This document shows positions 39,623-50,120 of a stretch of 64,000 nt of DNA, in pieces. The notes beneath the pieces are model-generated. The model was not told where the DNA came from. It did no database searches and was given only the letters and a program-made list of their open reading frames with translations. The stretch is taken from NCBI GenBank assembly GCA_046049675.1, contig JBJORA010000090.1, positions 16,114 through 80,113 of the forward strand, in the 5' to 3' direction. Source of the stretch: Bacteroidota bacterium. GTDB lineage: Bacteria > Bacteroidota > Bacteroidia > Chitinophagales > Chitinophagaceae. The position numbers were made by a program, and so were the translations under genes. Numbering within the stretch: the stretch's first letter is position 1; each line of letters starts with the position of its first letter.

Positions 39623-39836
39623 TTGCGACACTTGCCGCGAATTAATTTTGTTGCGAGCCTTGGGTTTTGGATAACAAGTTGCTATTTATTTCCAACAAAC
39701 AGGACATCATGCTGAGTACTCATCAATCATGACATCATATCTGATAAAACCTAATTCAACAATGCTCCAACATGAGCAAAATCGGTAACAAACGTTAGAA
39801 ATATGCTCAATAAATATTCACTAATTTTGAAGACTG

Positions 39837-40208
39837 TTGAAAGTAACACTTTCCATATTATTGACAATACTAATACTGGCACAAAACTGTGGCCTGGTAT
39901 TGTATTCGTTTAATCACCACCACCACTGCAGTACGCAAAATGCTTGTAGTACCCACGAAGCAAGTTGTATTCCAGCCAACGACGATTGTAGTATTGCACA
40001 AAAGCTAAAAGATTTTGGCAAGCAAGCAAACAATAAAGATGGCGAAAAGCAATTTTGTGCAGTAGAATACATTTTTGTAGAGGACCAATTTGTTTTTACG
40101 CATAGAGAAATAGGCTTGGCCGAAGAAAGCAACACATTTAATTGCTGTACTGCTGATAAACTGCTGTGGCAAGTCAAAAACGTGCCATATCCCCCGCCGA
40201 ATTGCTAG
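39837..40208 (+). CDS. small secreted Cys/His-rich protein (HHHHC; 10 Cys)
   Basis: Signal peptide. Lies 46 nt upstream of the TonB-dependent receptor. Confidence 0.4.
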   Translation: MKVTLSILLTILILAQNCGLVLYSFNHHHHCSTQNACSTHEASCIPANDDCSIAQKLKDFGKQANNKDGEKQFCAVEYIFVEDQFVFTHREIGLAEESNTFNCCTADKLLWQVKNVPYPPPNC

Positions 40209-40253
40209 CTAATACTTGTAGCTAATATTCCATCCATTTATTAAAGCAATTAT

Positions 40254-42584
40254 TTGTTGAAACAATTTATTTTAATTTGTTTCTGTTTTTTATTTTGTAA
40301 AACAGAAACACTTATTGCGCAGTGCAATTTATCTATCAATGCTACTGTGCTAAACAATACGAGCCAGCATGCCTTGCCAATGGCCGCTGTATATCTATAC
40401 AAAGCCGATAGCCTAGTTGCTAATGCTAGCAGTAGTAGTTTTACTTTTACAGGCCTTTGCAAAGGCGAATACGAAGTACTGATAACTGCCAACGGTTATG
40501 ACAGTTTGTGGCAACATATAGACCTGATTAGCAATTGGCGAAGTGTTTTATACATGACTCCTAAGTCTAAAATGCTTAATGGTGTGCAAGTCAAAGCAAC
40601 GAGCTACAACAAGCAAAATATTGCGTTAACTACAGAAAAGATAGAATCAGCCAAAGGATTAAATATTGCAGAGCTACTTTCTAGAATCAATGGCGTACAA
40701 TTGTTGCAAACGGGTTCAAATATTAGCAAGCCAGTCATTAATGGACTTTCTGGCAATAGAATTGTGTTGGTCAATAACGGCATACGTTTAGAAAGTCAGC
40801 AGTGGGGCAACGATCACGCGCCTGAGATTGATGCATTTGCTGTACAGCAAGTAAAAGTAGTATATGGTGCAGAATTATTGAAGTACAGCGGCGATGCCAT
40901 TGGCGGATTAGTATTGATGGATAAAAATCCAATTGTGAGTGATTCGCATTTTCATGGTAAGCTACAATGGATGGCTAATACCAATAATAGAATGTTGGCG
41001 ATGCATTATAGCACAGAAGGTCTTGTAGGCAAATCCAAAGGCAGTGCAATTCGTTGGCAAACAAGTATTAGAAAAGCAGGTGATAGCAAAACGCCAGAGC
41101 ATAATTTAAGCAATGTCGGTTTTTCTGAAATTTCTACTAGTGTAGAGTTGTATAAAGAAAAAGCAGGCAAGCGAATAACGTATGCATCATCTGTATTTGC
41201 ATCCAAGCTGGGCGTGTTTGCCGGATCGCATGTAGGTAATATTACCGATTTAGAGCAAATCTTAAAAACTGGTGAAGTGCCTGATTTTATAAAGAATAGG
41301 CCATTTACTTATAAGATTCAACGGCCTAATCAAGAAGTATTGCATGGCAGTGCCAGAAGAAATGTTGTGACACAATGGCGTAGTAAAACAAGCATAGAAA
41401 ATAATATGACTGCACAATGGAACTATAGAGCCGAGTACGACAGAAAGCGATTTACCAGCAGTAGCAATGCGCCGCAATTGTCCTTGCATCTCGTTACCAT
41501 CGCACAAGATGTACATGTAAAAACAAACCGTCAAAAGCTAACGCATCATTACGGTGTGCAACATTGGCTACAAATTAATAGATACCAATCCAGATTGTTT
41601 ATTCCTAATTACAATTTGTATCACTTTGCACCCTATTATTTTGCGCAATACAAAAGGAATACAACGTTTGTAGAAGCAGGGCTAAGGCTGGATAATAGAT
41701 ACCAATGGCATATCAATAGCAATAGAGATAGAACTTGGCAAAATAGATTGTTCAATAGTATCAATGGTTCTATCAATGCAGGGGCCACGTGGAAGCATCA
41801 TTTTGCTAGCATTCATTTTTCTGCATCTACCAGAGCACCAAACATGAACGAATTGTATAGCGACGGTTTGCATCACGGTGCATCGCGTATCGAAAAGGGA
41901 GATACTTTATTGAAACAAGAAAAGGCATTTAGCATCGGGCTCATTCATAAAATAGAAACGAAAAGTCTAAATGCTTCTACGCTTATTAATTATAAGATCA
42001 TCAATAATTTTATTTACTTAAATCCAAGTTTCCCTGCACAATTAACGATTCGTGGCGCATTTCCTTTATTTACTTTTCAGCAAACAGATGCTATATTATT
42101 TTCTGTAAACCATCAAACAGAATATACGATTAATGCGCATTGGAAGTGGAATGCTTCGTTTAGTCTACTGTATGCATGGGATGCATTGCAACAACAGTGG
42201 CTATCGCAAATGCCTGCTAATAATGGCGCTATAAGTATTCAGTACAAAATACCAGATATGGCTTTATTTAAAAACAACCGTATCGCTTTAGAAGCCACCT
42301 ACTTTGCACAGCAAAAACGTATTCCTGCAACAGGTAATATTCCAAGGGTAACTGCAGTGGGCGATACCGTTTGGCAGTCTGATTATATCTTACCGCCAGC
42401 TAGCTACAACTTATTTAATGCGCAATTGTACACAAGTGTCACTTTGCGCAAAAAACAAATTCCAATTATTTTTTCTGCTCAGCACATATTCAACACCACT
42501 TATAGGAATTACTTAAATGCCTTTAGATATTTTAGTGATGAAGCTGGCAGAACCTTTTCCATTAGAGCACAATACAATTTTTAA
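40254..42584 (+). CDS. TonB-dependent outer-membrane receptor
   Basis: Signal peptide. N-terminal CarbopepD_reg-like region. Plug domain. Terminal aromatic (...AQYNF). Confidence 0.7.
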   Translation: MLKQFILICFCFLFCKTETLIAQCNLSINATVLNNTSQHALPMAAVYLYKADSLVANASSSSFTFTGLCKGEYEVLITANGYDSLWQHIDLISNWRSVLYMTPKSKMLNGVQVKATSYNKQNIALTTEKIESAKGLNIAELLSRINGVQLLQTGSNISKPVINGLSGNRIVLVNNGIRLESQQWGNDHAPEIDAFAVQQVKVVYGAELLKYSGDAIGGLVLMDKNPIVSDSHFHGKLQWMANTNNRMLAMHYSTEGLVGKSKGSAIRWQTSIRKAGDSKTPEHNLSNVGFSEISTSVELYKEKAGKRITYASSVFASKLGVFAGSHVGNITDLEQILKTGEVPDFIKNRPFTYKIQRPNQEVLHGSARRNVVTQWRSKTSIENNMTAQWNYRAEYDRKRFTSSSNAPQLSLHLVTIAQDVHVKTNRQKLTHHYGVQHWLQINRYQSRLFIPNYNLYHFAPYYFAQYKRNTTFVEAGLRLDNRYQWHINSNRDRTWQNRLFNSINGSINAGATWKHHFASIHFSASTRAPNMNELYSDGLHHGASRIEKGDTLLKQEKAFSIGLIHKIETKSLNASTLINYKIINNFIYLNPSFPAQLTIRGAFPLFTFQQTDAILFSVNHQTEYTINAHWKWNASFSLLYAWDALQQQWLSQMPANNGAISIQYKIPDMALFKNNRIALEATYFAQQKRIPATGNIPRVTAVGDTVWQSDYILPPASYNLFNAQLYTSVTLRKKQIPIIFSAQHIFNTTYRNYLNAFRYFSDEAGRTFSIRAQYNF

Positions 42585-42627
42585 CAACAACAACAAGTAA
42601 ATCATCAATACAAACATTTTAAGAGAA

Positions 42628-43182
42628 ATGAGAAACAGAATTAAAATGACCATTGCAAGTGCACTTGCGCTTATGGCTATTGTTAGTACAGGCTGCGACA
42701 AACACGATGAAGAAGAAGAGCTAATAACTACCTTAAAGCTCACAGTAGTAAACAAAGCTACAGGTGCGGTTACTACTGCAACTTTTGCAGACCCTGATGG
42801 CGACGGCGGTAATGCTCCCACAAAATTCGACACACTACGATTAAGTAGCGGTGCAAATTACGAAACAACAGTAAGCCTCTATGATGAAAGTACAGCGAAT
42901 GTTGTAGATCTAACTACAGAGATTGCAACAGAGGCGAATGATCATCAATTTTACTATTCCACTACAGCTAGCGGCGTATCAATTGCAACAACCGATACAG
43001 ATGCCAATGGTTTACCTCTAGGGCTAAAGGCAAATGTAAGCACTTCAAGTGCTAGCACTGGTAGATTGCAGATTAAATTAAAGCATAAGCCAGATGGACT
43101 AAAGAAGGCTGGCGATTCAGACGCGGTTGGAGAAACCGATATTGAATTACCACTAGGCGGATTTTATGTAGTCGTACAATAA
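42628..43182 (+). CDS. lipoprotein, hypothetical (TonB-receptor partner)
   Basis: Lipobox IVSTGC. Thr/Ala-rich. Confidence 0.45.
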   Translation: MRNRIKMTIASALALMAIVSTGCDKHDEEEELITTLKLTVVNKATGAVTTATFADPDGDGGNAPTKFDTLRLSSGANYETTVSLYDESTANVVDLTTEIATEANDHQFYYSTTASGVSIATTDTDANGLPLGLKANVSTSSASTGRLQIKLKHKPDGLKKAGDSDAVGETDIELPLGGFYVVVQ

Positions 43183-43234
43183 TTGCAAGCGTCTACACAA
43201 TTTGTTCTCACAGAAAAAATAATGGATTAAAAAT

Positions 43235-43265
43235 GGAATACGATAAAAAGTATTCCATTTTTTTA
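43235..43265 (+). terminator. intrinsic terminator
   Basis: GGAATAC-gataaaaa-GTATTCC followed by ATTTTTTTT. Confidence 0.55.
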
Positions 43266-43425
43266 TGCTGGATTGTAAGTTAATACAAGGTGTCAGGTAC
43301 TTGGCCGTCTTTTTCGTACATATCAAATTCAGAAAATTGTTAATTTTAATTTCAAAAATGTATGAAGAACAACAAATTCATCATTGAGCACAATTTTATA
43401 AAGACCACAACATATTTCAAAACGA

Positions 43426-44157
43426 ATGGGAAAATTGAAAATTTTACTAGTACTTACTTTTATTTCAGCACAAGCTTGTGCACAACAATTAGATAGTATT
43501 CAAGCTAGATTTGCTGAGCGAGTTTGTAACTGTATTGGAGAAATAGCCGAATATGAAGACTTGAAACCTAAGATAGATAGATGTTATAAAGATACATTCA
43601 ACTTTATTTTTAATAATTCAACACCAGAAGAAGTTAAATTTTACCTCGGTGAGGGAAATTTACAAAAGATTGGAATGAAGCTAGAGTATTATCTAAAATC
43701 ACAATGTCCTTCAGTTAGAAAAGTGATTCAAGAATACATAAAACCTAAGAAAAGTGAAGGCAGCTATCCAACTAATTTAGATGAAAAAAAATTAGAAGCT
43801 AAACGCAAGGATATAGATGACTTGGAAGGAAAAATTGTAGCATTCGACGCTGAGATAGTTAAAGTTAATAGATCAAACCCAGAGAGGATATTTCTTGAAG
43901 TAAAACTACAAAATGGAGAAAAGCTGTGGGTTGGAGACATGACAAATAGCGAATTGAATATCGAAGGAAATAAAAGAAGATTTTTGGGATATTTTGTTAC
44001 GACTGAAAAAGATGATCAAGAACAAACGGAAATGGGTTACTATATAATTTCCTTTGCATCATATGAAAAGATCACTGACAATTTAGTAATGTATCCTGGC
44101 ACTGAAAAACAGATATATGAATGGGCAAATGGAAAGGTACCTAAATCTAAAAAATAG
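43426..44157 (+). CDS. secreted hypothetical protein (cassette gene)
   Basis: Signal peptide MGKLKILLVLTFISAQACA. Confidence 0.45.
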   Translation: MGKLKILLVLTFISAQACAQQLDSIQARFAERVCNCIGEIAEYEDLKPKIDRCYKDTFNFIFNNSTPEEVKFYLGEGNLQKIGMKLEYYLKSQCPSVRKVIQEYIKPKKSEGSYPTNLDEKKLEAKRKDIDDLEGKIVAFDAEIVKVNRSNPERIFLEVKLQNGEKLWVGDMTNSELNIEGNKRRFLGYFVTTEKDDQEQTEMGYYIISFASYEKITDNLVMYPGTEKQIYEWANGKVPKSKK

Positions 44158-44178
44158 AAATGCGGCAGCTAAGAGCGA

Positions 44179-44240
44179 TTTGCCAGAACTAACCGACAAA
44201 TGCGCGTTCTCCAATACTTCAGAACTACCTTTGCAAAGCC
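44179..44240 (+). repeat. R1 intergenic repeat copy 1 (TTGCCaaa..GCTGGCtAACC..CTTCAcAGCTAcCTTTGnaAaGCC)
   Basis: Aligns with the copies at 44987, 45995/46148, 48340, 54599 and 55568. Confidence 0.55.
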
Positions 44241-44278
44241 GGCAAACCTAGAGTGTAACTTCCGAAAACCTCAATACA

Positions 44279-44968
44279 ATGAAAATACTTCTAATATTGC
44301 TTTGCACGTTTACAACTATTCAAAATTGTTTTTGTCAGAAACTTGAAGGAGAGTTTACGAATAGCCGGGATTTATCAATTTACCTTAGGCAAGAATATGT
44401 TGTTTTACATCACAACCCAGAGGTTTGTTGCAATCCAGCAACATGGGATACCGGAACCTACAGAATAGTAAATGATACGTTGAAACTGGCTTTTGGCGAA
44501 ATCAAAAGCAGTATTAGATATAATTTGACCTTCAATAGAAATGGATTTCATACGCGCAATAGAATAAATAAATTAGTTAGAATTAATTTTAAAATGCCAG
44601 ACAGTTATTATGGCAAAGAAAAATATCAATATGACAGTTTAAATTTTGACAAAAGCAACCTCTTTTTTTACGACATAAAGGGACGTAAAGTAGATAGTCT
44701 AACCATTAATCCCTGGTATAACTCAGAAGCATATGAAATAATTGTTCCTAAATCAACAAATAGAATTAGGGTCAACTTTGGGAAAGGAATTAAAAACGAA
44801 TATGTTTTACCAAAAGGCTTTAATGAATTTAATATTACAGTTAATTTAAATCGAACAGGCACATACGGCAGACAGCGCTATACTAGGGAATTCGCGATAG
44901 TGCAAACGAATGACACGCTATCAATGAAAGACATTTATGGTTTGCAAGGATACGCAAAAATTAAATGA
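44279..44968 (+). CDS. secreted hypothetical protein (cassette gene)
   Basis: Signal peptide. Confidence 0.45.
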   Translation: MKILLILLCTFTTIQNCFCQKLEGEFTNSRDLSIYLRQEYVVLHHNPEVCCNPATWDTGTYRIVNDTLKLAFGEIKSSIRYNLTFNRNGFHTRNRINKLVRINFKMPDSYYGKEKYQYDSLNFDKSNLFFYDIKGRKVDSLTINPWYNSEAYEIIVPKSTNRIRVNFGKGIKNEYVLPKGFNEFNITVNLNRTGTYGRQRYTREFAIVQTNDTLSMKDIYGLQGYAKIK

Positions 44969-44986
44969 GCTGGGCCTGCACACAAC

Positions 44987-45050
44987 TTGCCTAAAGTGGC
45001 TGGCTAACCCAAAATATCCAACGCTTCACAGCTATCTTTGTAAGGTCGCC
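44987..45050 (+). repeat. R1 intergenic repeat copy 2
   Basis: TTGCCTAAAGTGGCTGGCTAACCC...GCTTCACAGCTATCTTTGTAAGG. Confidence 0.6.
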
Positions 45051-45072
45051 AACCACTAGGCGCAATTCACGA

Positions 45073-45972
45073 ATGCTAAACATGACAAGGGCACTAATTT
45101 TTGCATTAATTTTATTGAACATTTCATGTGATGATAGCACGAAAAGCAGCCTCAAACAAGAATATCAAAAACAAAAAATGATAAAGAATAAGGAGAACAT
45201 ACTGAAAGAATTAGATAGCGTCTTCAAAGAAATAAGTGACACGTATGGAGGAAAAGAAAGTCACTCGAACATAAAGTATAATTTCTTCTTAGACTTAGAA
45301 CATGGTTATGTAGAAACAGCGGGAAGTAAAATTCACCTTTTTGGTGATGAGAAAAATTGGGCCATCGTCTTTGAAAAAATTGGGTATCACAATAGAGCAT
45401 TTCAAATACAATCAGAACTGAACTTTATTGGGAATTGTATAAACTATAAAAAAGAAAACCATGGCTATGGCGATGAATATACTAACACAGAAGATATTGC
45501 TTTAATTGATAACGAAGAATTAGAGAAAATCCAATTACCTGAAAACGAAGAAGAAGATTGCTTTGAAATGATTGATCCAACTATAGATAAGGTGAAAATT
45601 AGAAATTCAATAATTAGCATAAAAATAGAACAAGACGAATTTGCAAAGCTTCATATGAACTTAGTAGACGAAAATAATCCGAAAGGCTACATTAGTTTTG
45701 GCAATTTCGCAAGGTACTTATATGCCAAGCAACCGAATGAACTCAGTGCGAATCAAAGCGAAATAAGAAAGCAATTACCGAATAACATTCCATTTATAAT
45801 GACAATTGACAAATTCCACTACAAATCAAGCTACGAACCCAAAAACAAACCAAGCACCCAAGAAACCTATAACTTAATTGCAGACGTTTTAGTTTCGCTA
45901 AATAAGGAACTGTGGAAGCCAAAAGAAATAGTAAATAATGATTGGTACAATTGGGAATCAGGACATTTATAG
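45073..45972 (+). CDS. lipoprotein, hypothetical (cassette gene)
   Basis: Lipobox LLNISC. Confidence 0.45.
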   Translation: MLNMTRALIFALILLNISCDDSTKSSLKQEYQKQKMIKNKENILKELDSVFKEISDTYGGKESHSNIKYNFFLDLEHGYVETAGSKIHLFGDEKNWAIVFEKIGYHNRAFQIQSELNFIGNCINYKKENHGYGDEYTNTEDIALIDNEELEKIQLPENEEEDCFEMIDPTIDKVKIRNSIISIKIEQDEFAKLHMNLVDENNPKGYISFGNFARYLYAKQPNELSANQSEIRKQLPNNIPFIMTIDKFHYKSSYEPKNKPSTQETYNLIADVLVSLNKELWKPKEIVNNDWYNWESGHL

Positions 45973-45994
45973 CAAGACCTGCCCCTTACGCGTT

Positions 45995-46168
45995 TGTGCA
46001 AAAGCAGCTGGCAAACGCCCGTTTTTTCCGCAGTGCATAGCTGCACGCATTAAGCACCAAGCGCAGTAGGCAGTCATAAAATAAAAGCAAAAAATAATTA
46101 ACGGCGCTTACCAAAAGCAGCATGCTACCACGCTCAATCTAAGGCCTCATAACTATCTTTGTAAAGCC
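45995..46168 (+). repeat. R1 repeat copy 3, split by a ~125-bp insertion carrying the hairpin GTGCA-TAGC-TGCAC
   Basis: Upstream half TTGTGCAAAAGCAGCTGGCAAACGCCC at 45995. Core CATAACTATCTTTGTAAAGCC at 46148. Confidence 0.45.
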
Positions 46169-46219
46169 ACTAGACATTGTGGGCAATTTTGGTAGAGCAT
46201 GCGCAAATGACAACACAAA

Positions 46220-47170
46220 ATGAAAAACTCGAAACTTAGAACTTTACTTATCGGACTTATTGGAGGCGTAGCTTACGCATTTGTAGCAATGCTAATCGTA
46301 ACACATTTTCACAGCAATGTTTCCGTTGCATACATATTTGTTTTGCCCATTGTTTTAGGCGCTATTCCTGTTTTGTTTTCTACAAAAGAGCAGCTGAGTG
46401 CCTATAAAACGTATCTACTCTTACCTTGGTTTATCACGTTCACCTTTTTTCTGCTAAGCTATGTATCAGGTTTTGAAGGTATGATTTGCCTTGCTATTAT
46501 CGTTGCACCATTTCTTTTACTTGGCACATTGGGCGCCTTTATATTTAGGCTTATTAAACTTAGAAGCAAGGGCCCTGGCACAAAGCTGTATGTTTCATTA
46601 CTCATACCATTGATAATACTCGGCATTGAAACCAATTTTCAAGCAAGCAACCATATTCATACGGTTTCAACAACAATTGATATTAGCGCCGACAAGTCTA
46701 AAATATGGGAAAATGTAAAGAATGTAAAAGACATTAAAGCTGACGAAATTGAAACACACTTTGTTCATTTAATTGGAGTACCTAAACCGCTGAACGGTCA
46801 ACTAGACAAAGAAGAAATTGGCGGAATACGTCATATCACCTGGGAGAAAGGAATCAAATTTGAAGAAAGAATAACAAGTTGGCAAGATGAAATAGGTTTT
46901 AGCTACGACATAGATGTTGACCCAAATTCAATTCCGCCAAAAACACTAGACGAGCACGTCATGATTGGCGGTAGATATTTTGACGTTTTGAAGGGTAGTT
47001 ACAAGATTGATCAATTGGATGACACAAAAAGCAAAGTAACGCTAACTTGTACTTACCGCGTCACAACAAACTTAAATTTGTATAGCAAGCTATGGGCAGA
47101 CTTTATACTTAACGACTTTAACGAAATGATTTTGGAAGTAATAAAGAAGAGAAGTGAAAAAGTTAATTGA
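46220..47170 (+). CDS. membrane protein with C-terminal SRPBCC (START/polyketide-cyclase-like) domain
   Basis: 4 N-terminal TM helices. C-terminal domain pattern typical of SRPBCC. Confidence 0.4.
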   Translation: MKNSKLRTLLIGLIGGVAYAFVAMLIVTHFHSNVSVAYIFVLPIVLGAIPVLFSTKEQLSAYKTYLLLPWFITFTFFLLSYVSGFEGMICLAIIVAPFLLLGTLGAFIFRLIKLRSKGPGTKLYVSLLIPLIILGIETNFQASNHIHTVSTTIDISADKSKIWENVKNVKDIKADEIETHFVHLIGVPKPLNGQLDKEEIGGIRHITWEKGIKFEERITSWQDEIGFSYDIDVDPNSIPPKTLDEHVMIGGRYFDVLKGSYKIDQLDDTKSKVTLTCTYRVTTNLNLYSKLWADFILNDFNEMILEVIKKRSEKVN

Positions 47171-47678
47171 CAAAAGCACTTGCAACAACGAGGAAACAAA
47201 GATGCACACACAAGACATCATCAGCGAATTGACCTTATCTGGAAAGCTGTCAACAGACACGATTCGAGAAATTGAAGAGAATGGAAGTTTAAGACAAGAC
47301 ATAGTGGAATACTTCAACAAAAACAGGAATAGGAAATTTTGTCTTGAATTCTTAAATGTGTTAAGTGAACTAAGGAAAAATTCTGATGTAGGACTTTCTG
47401 GAGATAGTTTAATGCTTGCTTGTTATATACTTGGAAAACATAGTCATATTGAAGACTGCTTAAAAATTTGGGAAACCAAAAGACTAGACTTTGATACATA
47501 CTGCTCTATTGACATTCAATTAGTAGCATTTGCAGGAGCGCAAGAAACTATTGAGTACTTAAAAAATCAAACTTCCGAAGAAGCTAAAGCAGCAGCGGAA
47601 TATATGATTGGTTGTTCTAAAGCAGGGGACTTCAAAGATCTAGAAACTTATTTTAATGAAACACCTTGGTTTGTATGA
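47154..47678 (+). CDS. hypothetical protein (start may be 47202)
   Basis: 174-aa ORF. Confidence 0.35.
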   Translation: MKKLIDKSTCNNEETKMHTQDIISELTLSGKLSTDTIREIEENGSLRQDIVEYFNKNRNRKFCLEFLNVLSELRKNSDVGLSGDSLMLACYILGKHSHIEDCLKIWETKRLDFDTYCSIDIQLVAFAGAQETIEYLKNQTSEEAKAAAEYMIGCSKAGDFKDLETYFNETPWFV

Positions 47679-48313
47679 CAATTCAAACAATAAATTATTT
47701 TGAACAAAACAAAAACATTCCACAACATGGACAAGTGATTCTCGGGCAACAAACAGAAGAGTTAATTGTGGTATACCAGGCCTATAATAAGCGAATTGCC
47801 GACTATGCAACGTCAAATCAAAAACTCGGAGGAACCCATTTTAGTTATAATAGAATGTCTTGGATAAAACCAAACTTTCTGTGGATGATGTACAGATGTG
47901 GTTGGGCCGAAAAAGAAAATCAAGAAAACGTAATTGCTATTTGGATAAAGAAGTCCGACTTTGAAACAATTCTTGAAAACGCAGTTTATTCGTCGTTCCA
48001 AGAGAATGTTTATCAAAATAGAGAGCAATGGCAAAGTCAACTAGCGCAGCAAGAAGTAAGGATTCAATGGGATCCCGATCACGACCCGTACGGCAATAAA
48101 CTTGAAAGAAGAGCAATCCAATTAGGACTGAAGGGCAAAATTCTGAAAGCATTTGGAGAAGAGATGATATACAAAATTGAAAACATTACAGACTTCGTCA
48201 AAACTCAAAAGCAGTTTGTAGACAAAAATGAAATTGAAAAACTAATTGTACCCACAGAAACAATCTTCAAGACAAGCAAGCCGTTGCTGAATGAAAAAAT
48301 TGGAATAAGTTGA
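47666..48313 (+). CDS. DUF4291 family protein
   Basis: LIVVYQAY...RMSWIKPNFLWMMYRCGW matches the DUF4291 signature from recall. Confidence 0.5.
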   Translation: MVCMTIQTINYFEQNKNIPQHGQVILGQQTEELIVVYQAYNKRIADYATSNQKLGGTHFSYNRMSWIKPNFLWMMYRCGWAEKENQENVIAIWIKKSDFETILENAVYSSFQENVYQNREQWQSQLAQQEVRIQWDPDHDPYGNKLERRAIQLGLKGKILKAFGEEMIYKIENITDFVKTQKQFVDKNEIEKLIVPTETIFKTSKPLLNEKIGIS

Positions 48314-48339
48314 TGAACAGCGGTTAGCAGCGTTGTCTA

Positions 48340-48396
48340 AAAATTGCGAGGCAAATTCAAATTTTCTGTGGCGTCACAGCTACCTTTGCCAAGGCC
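48340..48396 (+). repeat. R1 repeat copy 4
   Basis: GCGTCACAGCTACCTTTGCCAAGGCC. Confidence 0.55.
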
Positions 48397-48434
48397 CTAA
48401 TAGTCATATACTAGCACGAAACAACCACCTGAAA

Positions 48435-49172
48435 ATGAAATACACAAAAGACGACATATTGCAAATGCTTATTGCAGAATACAAATATTGCATTGCATTT
48501 GACCTTGGTGTACTTAAAGACAAAGACATCAATTACGAAAGTTCAATACTTGAATGGCTAGATACATTTGATTTAGTTGACACAATACGTTTGGCAAAAA
48601 TTTACCACAGAAAATTTAACTTAAGTAGACCTCTTTCAGAATTAGAGAATCTTCTGGAAGACCAGGAGAATACTACGATATCTGATTTTTGTGAATACAT
48701 TGCAGCAAATGCCGAAAGAGAAAAAATTGATCCAATTAAACTTTTGGGAAGGAATTGCACAAGTGCCGCGATATTTAGAGCACTGAAAAATAAATTAGCA
48801 GCAATTGGTATAGATACAAAAGGCTTAAAACCAAGTAGTGAAATCAATCCATTTTTTCTAAAATATGGTGGACAATTATTTAGTGAAGTTAATAGACTTG
48901 CACCAGGAACATGGACAGAATTTGATTTCAAACCAAACAAAATGTCGAGGCTAGGAAGAAATATATTGTTCCTAGGCGTTCTATTACTAATTTGTAGGTG
49001 TTGCTTTGGCAAGTTTCAATGGCAATTAACTTTACCAATAATAATTGGCATTGTACTTAGTTACATCGGCGATAAAAACCAACCAGAAAGATTAAGCATC
49101 AATGGCTTTAAGAATTTCAGACAACTTATTCTTGCAATAGAAAGAAATTTAAGTGAAGCAGGTGTATGCTAG
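48435..49172 (+). CDS. hypothetical protein (cassette gene), C-terminal TM segment
   Basis: ATG at 48435 immediately follows the R1 copy. The ORF track's 48333 start would overlap the repeat. Confidence 0.4.
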   Translation: MKYTKDDILQMLIAEYKYCIAFDLGVLKDKDINYESSILEWLDTFDLVDTIRLAKIYHRKFNLSRPLSELENLLEDQENTTISDFCEYIAANAEREKIDPIKLLGRNCTSAAIFRALKNKLAAIGIDTKGLKPSSEINPFFLKYGGQLFSEVNRLAPGTWTEFDFKPNKMSRLGRNILFLGVLLLICRCCFGKFQWQLTLPIIIGIVLSYIGDKNQPERLSINGFKNFRQLILAIERNLSEAGVC

Positions 49173-49231
49173 TACCTGCAGCTTAGAGACATCAGCGAGA
49201 TAATACAACTTCTGATTGACACAACTTCTAT

Positions 49232-50041
49232 GTGAACTGCATTAGTCAGTATCATTTGCAAGTAGAGATTCAAAATCTTTGGAGAATGAAGCAATTCTAT
49301 GAAACCTACAATGGATTGCCAAAACTCTCACCACTGGTGAGAGAAATTAGTTGGACAAATAATTTACTAATCCTATCCAGGACAAAGACTTTAGAAGAAA
49401 AGGAGTTCTACTTAAAGATTTGTAAGCATGAGAATTATAGCAAACGAGAATTGGACAGGCAAATAACTTCTAGTCTGTACGAAAGAACGATGTTGGGAGA
49501 CGTTAACATTTCCAATTTAACCAGAGAAATTTATCCTAACGCGGCAAATGCTTTTAAGGACAGCTATTTATTTGACTTCTTAAACCTGCCTGAACAACAC
49601 AATGAAAAGGATTTACAAAGAGGATTAATCGCGCAAATGAAGGACTTTATTCTTGAATTAGGCAAGGACTTCATATTTATTGCTGAGGAATTTAAAGTAG
49701 AGGTTGGCAATAGTGATTTCTATATTGACTTACTATTTTATCATAGAGGTTTACAATGTCTGGTTGCTTTTGAACTAAAAACAACCAAATTCAAACCTGA
49801 GCACTTAGGACAAATAAATTTTTATTTGGAAGCATTGGACCGTGATGTAAAGAAAAATAATGAAAATCCGAGCATTGGAATTTTACTTTGCAAGGATAAA
49901 GACAATGAAGTTGTTGAATATGCAATGAGCAGAAACATGTCTCCGACAATGGTAGCAGAGTACAAAACCCAACTCCCAGACAAAAAGCTATTGCAAGCAA
50001 GGTTACACGAAATATTCGAAGCGGGTGAAAGCAAAGCATAG
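49232..50041 (+). pseudogene. DUF1016/YhcG-like PD-(D/E)XK nuclease family gene, 5'-truncated (~100 aa missing), GTG-initiated ORF
   Basis: Begins mid-family at NLWRMKQFYETY. The C-terminus retains the PD-(D/E)XK-like core (DLLFYH...ELK). Confidence 0.45.
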
Positions 50042-50120
50042 CAAGGAGATTTAGGCAATGTTGGCGTTTTCCTAATTTATGCTGCGTTTAGATTAAAAAT
50101 GCGCTTAAGCAGACTACCCC

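Noticed and set aside
48333-48434. Longer 5' extension of the 48435 gene given by the ORF track (start 48333).
   Set aside because: The extension runs through the R1 repeat copy. An ATG at 48435 sits exactly at the repeat's 3' end, like the other cassette genes.
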